From the NCBI RefSeq assembly GCF_006345805.1, contig NC_043000.1, positions 51,894,001-51,958,000 on the forward strand: DNA of 64,000 bases, written 5' to 3'. Source of the DNA: Octopus sinensis. Its lineage: Eukaryota. Numbering within the stretch: the first letter of the stretch is position 1; the number at the start of each line of letters is the position of its first letter. A program made the translations under genes and the position numbers. The notes beneath the pieces were generated by a model. The model saw only the letters and a program-made list of their open reading frames with translations, had not been told where the DNA came from and ran no database searches. Below are positions 53,681-64,000 of this stretch, in pieces.

Positions 53681-53819
53681 GATAGATAGGTAGATAGATA
53701 CACGCGCCGCGTGCGCGGGAACACACACATACGCACATAGTGACGTGTCGTGGATAAATTGAGATTAAAATAAATTTTAAGGAGATTCACCATCGTTGCT
53801 TATAATGGCTCCTATCAAT

Positions 53820-54720
53820 TCCTGCTTAAGTAGTCTACTAATTTGGTCCCTGAAATCTTTCACGTCGGGAAGGACGCGTTCATCTTCCATTAGCCAGGTC
53901 CTAGTCTGATAGTTTTTCTTAAGTTGACTGTAAAGGTCCCGAATTTGTAATCTGAATAATCATCGATCTGAAAATGTGAGCAACTTATTCTATGCCTATC
54001 TACTAGCCTAATAAAAACCATATCTAAGTATAACCTGGATGACCCACTGTGATTTGACCAAGACCCCACTGGCGTATTCAGATGATCGAGACGACCCCTG
54101 TCACACAGTTGGAAATGCCTGAGGAAGTTAGCAAGGCCTTTGCACACCACTCTCCTATCCGTGCTCCTACATAATCTTTGCTTGTGTCTAAGAGCACATT
54201 CCAGACGCCGACTAACAGTAATAAGCGAAATATCCATAGGAAAGTCTCTAGACATCTAAAGAAATCTGGCTGTCCAGCTCTTGTTGGAGCATAGACTGCC
54301 ACTAGTCTGAAAGCTCCCCCGTTGCCTTCTTTGTTGCTTGCGTCCCAAATCCCCATCATACCAGCCGGGTCGAGGAAAACCCTATATACCTTTAAGTTAA
54401 GGCCTTTCCGAAAAAGCACTGCAACGCCATTTGATCCAGGCCGTCCAAAGGAGGTATAAATCTCATAGTCGTCCAGAAGAAGAGCAAGCGATTGCGTTTC
54501 GGAAATTCTAGTTTCAATAATGTCTATTGCGTTCAGACAGTGACCTGAGGTCGTTGATCAGGTGACCCTGTTTCCACGCTGCCCTTAGGCCCCAAGCATT
54601 TAAACAACCTATTTTTAGAACTGCCATCCAGGAGGAGAGGAAGAAACAAAAGAAGAGTCAATCATTTACTCTTGGTTTGGGTTGATCCTTTTTCGGATCC
54701 TTTAAACGGGCCTTCCAATA
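53820..54720 (-). mobile_element. L1/Tx1-clade LINE ORF2 5' fragment (AP endonuclease)
   Basis: From the ATG at 54627: MAVLKIGCLNAWGLR..ETR..GVAVLFRKGL..FRLVAVYAPT..LVG.WN.LLD, with stops and frameshifts. Confidence 0.8.
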
Positions 54721-54730
54721 TCCCTTTATC

Positions 54731-54761
<31 letters not shown>

Positions 54762-54764
54762 AAC

Positions 54765-55235
54765 GATTTCAAATTTTGGCACATAGCCATCAATTTCGGT
54801 GAAGTGTGTATGCGTATGTGTGTGTGTGTGTGTGGTGGGTTCTAGTCTATTACATCTACCCCAGTATTCAGCTGGTACTTAGATTTTCGACCTCCAAAAG
54901 ATGAGAGTTAAAGTTGACCTCGGCGGAATTTGACCTCAGAACGTAAAGACTGACGAACTGTCACTAAGCATTTTTGCTTGGCGTGATAACGATTCTGCCA
55001 GCTCATCGCATTAAATGATCATTTCTACTTAAGATATAAGGCCTGAAATTTTGGGTGAGGGGAGTAGTAGATTACATCGAGTCCAGTGTTTCACTGGTAC
55101 TTAATTCATCGATCCTGAAATGATGAAAGGTACAGTCGGCCTCGGCAGAATTTGAACTCAGAACGTATCGACGGACGAAATGTCGCTAAGCATTTTCCCA
55201 GCATGCTAACGATTCTGTCAGCTTGCCGCCTACAT
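54765..55235 (-). mobile_element. Two tandem family B SINEs
   Basis: The reverse-complement core and head occur twice. Confidence 0.8.
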
Positions 55236-55250
55236 AACCTTAAATAATTG

Positions 55251-55283
<33 letters not shown>

Positions 55284-55284
<1 letters not shown>

Positions 55285-56110
55285 TGTAAAAGCAAAGGTT
55301 TGCATGTCGAAGATGACTGGAAAGGTAAACTCGTGCATAGAAATTACCCTAACCGCCTGTCCAAGCCAGATATTGATAAAAATTAACACACCAATGACTA
55401 CTTAAATATGGATCTGACCCCTCGTGTAGAATTTGAAGAAAAATTCAGAGACAATTGATCATGTTGTTCCTGGCTGCTCAGTCGTCGCTGAAAAGGAGTA
55501 CTTCATAAGATATGACAGACTGGTGCAGTACATCCACTGGAATGCTTGTAAATACTACAAAATTAAATCCCATGATAAGTGGTACAAGCACCATCCAGAG
55601 CATGTTGTAAATGGCGAAGGCGTCACAATCCTTTGGGACTTCCCAATACAAACAGGCAGAAAAGGTGACTCCAATTAACCAGACATTGTGATCAAGGACT
55701 ACAACAGAAGAACTTGTCTGTTAATAGATATGTCTGTCCCAAAAGATCAAAATGTCTCAAGAAAGGAATACAAAAAGCTGTCTCACTATAAAGGTCTGCA
55801 AATTGAAATTTAAAAAATCTGGAAGCTTAGTACTACAATAATACCAGTAGTAATTGGTGTGTTGGGGACGATAAAGAAGGGAGCTTAGAAGTATATCGAG
55901 CAACTCCCTGGTAACTCCAATTTCCGTGAACTACAAAAAGTAACCTTGATGGGTACAGTCCATATACTACGGAGAGCATTCTCCATCTAAATGGAATAAA
56001 TGTGGTGATAATGTTAGCATGCATAGCAAAACAAGTGTCCTTGCTACTCTTGGCCTCTGGAGGATGCCCGTTACTTAGGCAGCTAAAATAAAGTTATAAT
56101 GAAAAGAAAC
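55284..56110 (+). mobile_element. R4/Dong-like retrotransposon 3' fragment within (TAA)n
   Basis: ETIDHVVPGC..YDRLVQYIHW..KWYKHHP..ILWDFPIQT..PDIVIKD..CLLIDMSVP..KLSHYKGL..IPVVIGVLG covers the CCHC and PD-(D/E)xK RLE region. Flanked by (TAA)n and (CAA/TAA)n. Confidence 0.85.
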
Positions 56111-57099
56111 AACAACAACAACAATAATAATATTAGTAATAATAAGGGAAAAATAATTACATTCAATGTTGCTTTTCATTCTTCAACCGTCTGGAATTAT
56201 ATTACTAATGTTCTTAAATGTTCGTATTTACACTCCCTTGCAGTTTCTCTTCACAAATTGGTTTCGTGACTAATTTTATCTTACTAAAATTGTATGCAAC
56301 ATAAACTCTCTTTACCTGGTGTTTCAAATTTTCAATGACCTAGCTGTTCGTGTCTTCTGCTTCATTATCTAGTTGACAATCCCCGTTTTTAACATACATA
56401 ATTTACCTGTAGCAGAACTTTCATGTCAAATTGTCTAGCGTGTTTCTTTTAGAGTTTATACATTTCCCCTGGCAATATCAGGCTTCGTTACCAATTGATA
56501 AGCAATCTTAATTCAAACTAACACGAAACTCTCCTCTTTTACTCTCAAAAGGCAAAATGATATTTGTAATTATCAAACCTGTCTTTAACGTCACTGTATT
56601 ATATTTTAATTGAAAGCCATACAAACACAATCAACTACTTTAATTAGCTAAAGCATTTGGATTCATGAAAGAAAATGTTCGATCGATATCTTCTTCCTCT
56701 TAGTTTAAGGAAATCAATAATAGATCTTTAGTCATTTTTACACACTTTTTGTAACTAACACAATTGTGCTGGACATTAAGAAATATTGCGTAGTGCTAAG
56801 GAAATTAAATGACTGACTCTTCTATATAAATCTAAACAAATATATTTGAATTTCAATAACGAAGAGAAGTAAGTTAGCATTGACAAGGCTTGAATCTGAC
56901 GTAATTTGATTAACGCTTTTGAACGCTCGAAGAAAGCCATGAATTTATTTAGACGAAAAAAGAAATCGCAAGAAAATCAAGAGAAGCTAAATAACATTAC
57001 GATTTAGTCACGAAGTAGGTACTAAATATACATTTTGTCACCAACTTTGTTATTGCCAAACAACTGCCAAAGTCCTGAACAATAAAAGAATAACATGGT

Positions 57100-57430
57100 T
57101 AATACGTTACAACTGGACTATTGGTTGCTTGAGTAAAAGGTGTAGAGTCATTCTAGAAGCTGTACCTACAACATCGATTGGAACCAAGGTTAAATTAAGG
57201 ACACAAAAGTGGGTAAAGAGTACATTTGGAGCGAATGCATTAGCCTTTGTTTGGGGACAAGATATTTAACTCGACGTAGTGCTTGCTCCATCAAAAGAAC
57301 AATCGTAACACAGACTGCGTTCATGTCTCAATTTCCAGAAAATGATTGTTGAAATCTCTTCAGCCCTTGATCCACGTAATTCGCTGCCTGCTATGCGGCT
57401 CCTTGAGAAAATTCTTCGATTATTACCTTG
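57100..57430 (-). pseudogene. Possible highly decayed hAT transposase fragment
   Basis: Minus strand reads CSFDGASTTS..AFAPNVLFTHFCVLNLTLV, resembling the hAT YDGA..SG..HC..H.LNL block. Confidence 0.35.
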
Positions 57431-57565
57431 TGACTGAATTTAGTGGTAGGTAACTGTGTGCAAGTCTATCATGTATGTGTGTGTGTGTGTGTTTCTACCT
57501 TACCGTTTGGCACTCCAGTACTCGTTTATTTACGTTTCCCCTAACCCTAGGGGTTTACTCTTGTA

Positions 57566-58050
57566 CTCTTTTACTTATTTCAGTCATTTGACTGTGGCCA
57601 TGCTGGAGCACCACCTTTAGTCGAGCAAATCGACCCCAGGACTTATTCTTTGTGAGCCTAGTACTTATTCTATCGATCTCTTTTGCCGAACCGCTATGTT
57701 ACGGTGACCAGCATCGGTTGTCAAGCGATGTTGGTGGGGGGCGGGACAAACACAGACACACAAACACACACTCACAAAAAACACATACATATATATATAC
57801 ATATATACGACGGGCTTCTTTCAGTTTCCGTCTACCGAATCCACTCATAATGCAGTGGGGCTGAACATGGAACCACGTGGTTGGTAAACAAGCTACTTAC
57901 CACACAGCCACTCTTACGCGTATGGCAAAAATAGATGATAGAATAAGTACTAGCCTTAAAAAAGAAGCACCGCGGTCGATTTGTTTGACTAGACACTTCA
58001 AGGCGGTGCTCCAGCACGGCCGCAGTCCGTTGACTGAAACAAGTAGAAGA
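57566..58050. mobile_element. Family A SINE (minus, 57566-57921) back-to-back with a plus-strand family A 3' half (57924-58050)
   Basis: Head, body and tail are recognisable on the minus strand; the tail motif is repeated on the plus strand. Confidence 0.8.
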
Positions 58051-58648
58051 CAAAAGATCACCATGTATTGTTACATTTTGCGAGAGAAAAAAAAAATTTA
58101 ATAAAGAATGATAAATTCAATAATAGGCTTATAGTGTATAAACAATAGAAACATTTCAAATTGCAGCTAAATTACATGCTTTGATACGGTGTAGGAACAA
58201 AAGTCTTTGAAAAGAATGGAAAGTCTGGAAAATGTGATGAGATTGTTAAACATAGCAGCCTAAGTATGTGTATGTGTGAATCTCTCTCTCCACACATAAC
58301 ATACACACACACACATACACACGCACACATACACACGCACACATACACACGCACACATACATACACACAAATATATTTTTATCAAGTGTGTATTCATATC
58401 GAACCGTGAAATATTGAAAGTTCACTGGTGCTAAGACGTTAGTGTAATCTCTTAGTTTGAAGAATATCTCACTTAGCGAGTGCAAAAATTTGTATTTTTA
58501 TCTCTCGGTTAGCAAATAAGAATTTGTGCTGAATCTTGCACAAATGCAGAATCTATCCGTTGATGTTCGTTACTCGATTACAAATGCAAAATTTATGATT
58601 CAAAAAGCTGATTCTTATAAAGCTTAGTGTTTGGCCGAAGAGAGTTAA

Positions 58649-58723
<75 letters not shown>

Positions 58724-58739
58724 GTATGTATGTATACAT

Positions 58740-59800
58740 GGTGTTCGAGAAAAAATCGAGAGTTTGCATAAAAGAAAAAAAAAACAATATCCCATCCAAA
58801 AATAAAAGTATTAAAAAAAACCTCAAAGGTTTCAACTACATTACGGGTGAGAGATAAATGTTTGCTCAAAGTGTCGCCCTTAAGTTCTAGCACGGGCTCA
58901 GGAACCTGGCGCATGCATTCCTTATAGTGTCCCTGGAAAAAATCTTCGAACATCACCTTGACTTTGTACACCAGCTCGGCCTTGGTGTTGCAGGCAGAGT
59001 GGTTGCTGTTCTCGCCAACCGTACCCCACACATAGTAATCCATGGGATTGCAAGCGGGAAAATTAAAAGCCCAGAAATTTGAGCTAGTGAAGTTGTAGAA
59101 ATTCTCCATTTCTAACCCTTTTCGGAGGCATGGCATCAAGCCGAATCCTCCTGCTACACATATGGCCTTCCATCAGTAATCCTCTCCATGAAGGGAGAGG
59201 GTTGCTAAATTGGGGCTAAGTCCCTGTTCAAAGATGGGTTGCATGACGTCCTCCTCACTGGATGCATATCAAAGACCATCATAGTTTCTGTGAACTTATT
59301 TTTCATGATATCTAAGACATCACATGGATTGTAGGTAAGCCACCTGTTGTTCTAGATGTTTTGTAAATGGTCCTGGCAGAAGTTCTTTTCATCGAAGAAG
59401 AATCAGGTCATCGCCGGCTTAACAAGATATGCATCAACTTGTTCAGGAGCTTCTTTGCCTTCGTCAATTGGTCTTGAATTTGGTCTTGAATGGCAGAATT
59501 TGTTCATTGCACCTCTTGAACGAGTGGTATAGAAAGTCATGATTGAGAGCTCGCTTCATGGTGGCAATTCCAACACTCGTCTCCCTCACCAAAGCCTGGA
59601 TTCCCTTGCTCGGATCTGCCATCACCTAACCCTGTTCAAAGATGGGAGGGATTTCGGCGTGCGAACGCAGCCAAAACACCTACTGTGTCAATTCATGCTG
59701 TCCACGGTTTTGTAGTCTGTTGCAGCTGTTCACGTCACGTCTTAGAGCCTTTATAATGTTCACAGGGTATTGAGCTGCAGTGTTTTATTGATGCAGTCAT
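58740..59800 (-). mobile_element. Dead Tc1/mariner-superfamily transposon, maT (DD37D)-like
   Basis: Minus strand gives FFDEKNFCQDH, MMVF, EDSA and FW..NFPACNPMDYYVWGTV..CNTKAEL, with many stops. Boundaries are approximate. Confidence 0.7.
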
Positions 59801-60389
59801 TTTGGTGTGGTATTGCCGAACTGCTTCGGGTTCCGCTATTAAACTGACACTATGGAGGGACTATAGTTGAGAGCATTTGTCCAGACGGCTGAGGGTAAAT
59901 GCCTTCCATTTATCCTACGCGTAGTTTCTCGGTTCCTTGTCCTGAAAGTTCTCAGAATCTATCTGGCCATTCAACTGCACATTGCTACAATCTTGGTGAT
60001 ATGCACATGAATCGTTACTCATATCAATCCCCCATAACAGACAGTGCTTGATTTTGGCGTTGCTGCATATTTTGGTCCAAATTATTTTAGTTGTGGCATG
60101 TTAGAACAAGCTGGTTGATAAACGGAGGGCTAGGAATTGTCCTGCCTTAATTGCAGGTTTTCTTCACTCCATTTACATATCACGTCTGGATCTTTCTGTA
60201 GAAGATCAGCATCGAGAGGATTCTAGTCTGTTTGTGCTACTCTTGTAACATTAGTATGAATGAAAAGAGTGGTTACCCGTATAACTTATGGTACTCTGAA
60301 AGGTATCTCATAAAGGGTATCGACCTCAAGACAATCCTCTGTGGCACTCCACTCATAATTAATGCCGCCTTAGTGAGAGCTCTGTTGAC

Positions 60390-60920
60390 TGCTACAACCT
60401 AGGTTCTGTCCTTTCAGAAGTCATGTAGCAATTCTCAGTTTTTCAGCTATGATGATCAACCTTATCAAAGGACTTTGCAAAATCAAGATATATCACATTC
60501 ATGTTTTAGCGATTTCAACACCAAACCATAAGTCTACAGAAGCTGTGTAAGGCAGCTTCTTCCAAAGCGAAACCAAACAGTTTCTTGGAATAAGTTATTA
60601 TCTTCCGGGAACATGATTAGTTTATTCCTGACAATTCATTGTATGACTTCGTAAGGTTAGAGACGCAGGTCTATAATTTTAAGCATCTGCTCTACTTCCT
60701 TGCAAGAAACGTTTCGAAGAGCATCTTGCTAAAGCACCTTGTGATTTTAGGAGGACTGCTCTAAATCCATCAGGGTCAGTGGCTGAGTTTCAGCTCATTT
60801 CATCAGTGAGTGATATTATATTAGTTTCTTCTATCGCGATGTAATCGATAACTGCCATCTTTTCGTGTAAGGCTGTTGTGTCAAAGAAATTGTGTGACAT
60901 ATTTATTTGCATGTGCTTAA
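60390..60920 (-). mobile_element. Old CR1-like LINE RT fragment
   Basis: Contains remnants of DVIYLDFAKSFDKV, YRP.SL and DPDGF, homologous to the copy at 63000-63500. Confidence 0.6.
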
Positions 60921-61227
60921 GCAGCGACGTCACTGAGAAGAGATGGCTATCGTATCATTGAACATTAGGGAGGTTGAAAACTTAAATGTTTATATTTATC
61001 ATTCCCCTCGAGAATTTATCCCTAATTAGTGGTTTAAACTTTAGCTGTTCCTTCTACCGTAAGGGAGCCCCATGATGGATACCTCTTAATATGTTTAAAT
61101 GTACATTGTATTTTATATGAAGAATATATAGTTTATTGACTAATTTTTCTATACGCTAGGAGACTGGTAGTAAAAATTTCTATAATCTTTATTACCCTGA
61201 TATTACTAATTATGCATATATATATAT

Positions 61228-61781
61228 ATGGTGGTGGATGCCCCCTCGTTATCGAGTATGGCCATTGCACGAAGCTTAATCAATGTTGTTATTGTGCAAT
61301 GTCTGTGCAAGAAGATTTTTTTAAAGTGAGAAAAGGCTGTGCACTGAGTCAATCCCACTCACTAAGCAACAGCAGCCGAAATTTAAAAAGAACAAGTCAA
61401 CATCATCGGTAACCACTGAGCCGCAGGTTTTAGGTCGGAGTTTTCCCAGTTTCCTGAGTTACCTTCTCCTAGAAGGATGCCCTAACAAAGGCTAGGGGTC
61501 CTTCACTCCCAATGGTTTAACCGCGCGATCGGGTATTCAGTCCGATTATTTCTAAGTCCCCGCGCATGATACAGCCTTAAGACATTTATTGGATGGCCGT
61601 TGACTCTCAAGAGTTCCTCCACCCTTTGACGGGTTCTGTTTTCCATCCCACAGGGTGAGCAATAAACACCTTCCTCACCAAGCAAGCTTGGTGGGGTTGC
61701 CGGTTTAGTCGCCGACGACCCGATCATGCAACAGGTTGTACTGGGTTACATGTTACCAGTAGCACTCGAAAGTGACCTGAC
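61228..61781 (-). mobile_element. Short RTE-like element (5' UTR-like part joined to a 3' end, no ORF)
   Basis: GC-rich segment between (TA)n tracts resembling RTE 5' leaders (gcgactaaaccggcaacccc..accctgtgggatgg). The assignment is by resemblance only. Confidence 0.35.
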
Positions 61782-61807
61782 ATCAATATATATATATATA
61801 TAATATA

Positions 61808-64000
61808 TTTTTTTTTTTTTTTTTCTAAATTCTTAAAAATGTTTTAGCCCGAAGGCCGCGGCCATGCTGGGGCACCACCGCTGAATGAGCTACACTAGTT
61901 TGTGAATCCACCTCTGATACGTGGCACTTGATCAACAAGGGAGTTCGATGCTGCTGCCCGCATCCGTGTCTCCTGTCGTGAGGTAGGTTCATCTGGGACT
62001 CCCAACAAGAAGAGATCCAGTTTAGTTTTAAAGAAACCCACATCCACACCATGTAAGTCTCTCAGGCATTTAGGGATGATGTTAAAGAGCTGTGGTCCTC
62101 TGAAACCCAAGCTGTTGCAGTATCTGGACCTGTATTTTGATGGTGATGTTGGAATCCTTGGCACCACGCAGCGGTTGGAGTAACTTTGAATGCCAAAGTT
62201 TGGGACAAGACCCTCCAGGATTTTCCAGATGTATATCACTGCATATCTCTCCCGCCTCCGCTCCAGGGAGAAGAGGTTTAATACCTTCAGTCTTTCCCAG
62301 TAGCTGACATTTTGCATTGAGACGATTTTCTTTGTGTAGCTTCTCTGAGTTGCTTCGAGTTCTGCTGTTTGTTTTATATTGTGTGGTGACCAAAGTTGGG
62401 AGCAGTAGTCCAGCGGCTGAGACAATGTTTTCCATAGGACCATCAGTGTCCCTTCTCTCTTGTTCTGAAAGTTCGGAGAATCCATCCAGCTAGCCGTCTG
62501 CATTTTATCACCAGATTAGCAATATGCATTTGGAAAGATGCATCATTGCTCATGTCAATGCCCAGGTCACGCACTGATTTTGACTCAGGGATTGCAATTC
62601 TTCCTGGGCCAGTGTATCCAGTCTTCACGTCATTTACCTTTGTGTGCCAGTAGCGCAGGGCCTGAACTTACCTGCATTAAACTGCATGTTGTTGTCCTCA
62701 GCCCACCTGTATATTGTGTCCAGCTCATGTTGCAGATGCGCAATATTTTCAGGGTTTTGTATTGCGTGGGAGACTTTTGTGTCATCTGCATAGCTAGCAA
62801 GGGTGGTCATCGTAGCAACTGAAGGCATGTCTGAAAGGGCCTATGAACATCAGTGGCCCCAAGACAGTGCCCTGTGGGACACCGCTTGTTATTTGCGTTT
62901 CCCTGGAGGTGGCTCCATTGCTCACAACTGCCTGTTTTCTGTCTTTTAGGAAGTTGTGCAGCCACTCTCCAAGTTTCCCGCCTATGCCGAGACCACGCAG
63001 TTTGTGACAGATCATACCGTGGTCGACTTTATCAAAGGCTTTTGCAAAGTCAAGATATATTACATCCACATTTGAGCCATTTAGTAGCTGTTTCACACAC
63101 CCAGTCATAGTGTTGCAGGAGCTGTGTTAGGCAGCCTCTACCTGGTCGAAATCCATGCTGGGTGTCAGACAGTAAGTCATTTTCTTCAAGGAACATGATT
63201 AGTTTTCTTACGGACTATTCGTTCCATGACTTTGCTGATGTGTGAGGTCAGAGAGATAGGCCTATAATTTTTAGCATCTGCTCTGCTACCTCCCTTATGG
63301 ATAGGGCATATTACCCCCTCTTTCAGTTTGACTGGGAGCTTACCACTTGCAAGAAAGCTCTGAAAAAGAAGCTGTAGCGGTTTTGCAAGGGCTCGTTTGC
63401 ACGATTTGAGAAGGATCGCTGGGAATCCATCAGGTCCAGCAGCTGAGTTTGTGTCAATCTCATCAATGGCTAGTGTGATATCATCTTCTTCGATGTTGAT
63501 GTACTCAATTTTTGTCTCTTTGGTCGCTGGTAAAGTGGCAAAGAATTCTTCTGGGTTGTTTACTTGCCTGTGTCCTAGAGGTGTAGTGAACACACTTTGG
63601 AACTGTTCATTCAGTATTTCACTTATCCTCGTGGGATTTCCTGTGAGAGAGCCATCTTTTTGGAAGAGAGGTCCTATTCTCTGGTGCACTGTGGCTGTCT
63701 CTTTGGCAAACTTAAAGAAGCTTTAGGGTTTGATTTTATATTTCTATTACCCAAGCTTCTTTATCTGCTCTCTCCTTTTCATGGGACTGATGTAGACTTT
63801 TCTCAGTTTCCATTAGCATTCTTTCGAGCCGAGACTTCTCACCACTTTTGGTGTGCTTGCTCAGGCGGTTTGCAATCCTTGTCCGTCGTCTCATAAGAAT
63901 CCTCCTTCTCTAGGGATCCTGTTTTTGTTCTTGTGTGTGCTGGCCCTGCACATTGGGACATATTTGTCACATATGGCTTGTATTATGGACATGAAGTGTT
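61808..64000 (-). mobile_element. CR1-like LINE, 3' ~2.2 kb, running off the window end
   Basis: Frameshifted ORF2 pieces: AAGPDGF, NYRPISLTSHISKVMERIV, IYLDFAKAFDKV, SGVPQGTVLGPLMF, YADDTK, LDYCSQLWSP, SLERRRER. Stop at 61895-7, then a short 3' UTR and poly(A). Confidence 0.95.

Overview
Eukaryotic, very AT-rich, microsatellite-dense DNA with the repeat signature of a cephalopod (octopus-like) genome; the species is inferred, not established. The first ~6 kb hold the last three coding exons of a CUB-domain gene resembling SOL-1, a glutamate-receptor auxiliary subunit. These exons end in a GPI-signal-like tail and are followed by a probable long, CpG-poor 3' UTR running to about 15-16 kb. The rest is CpG-richer sequence with no host gene I can identify, filled with mobile elements: tRNA-derived SINEs, RTE, L1/Tx1, CR1-like and R4/Dong-like LINE fragments, Penelope-like elements (PLEs), dead mariner and maT transposons, a Helitron fragment and MITEs. 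The most striking structure is a set of fold-back units, several clearly PLE-derived. The best is a young ~2.2-kb inverted PLE with an intact GIY-YIG ORF and two hammerhead ribozyme cores. An older inverted pair and a small hairpin grown out of a hammerhead stem II are also present. Most ORFs in the supplied track are (TA)n/(CA)n artefacts.
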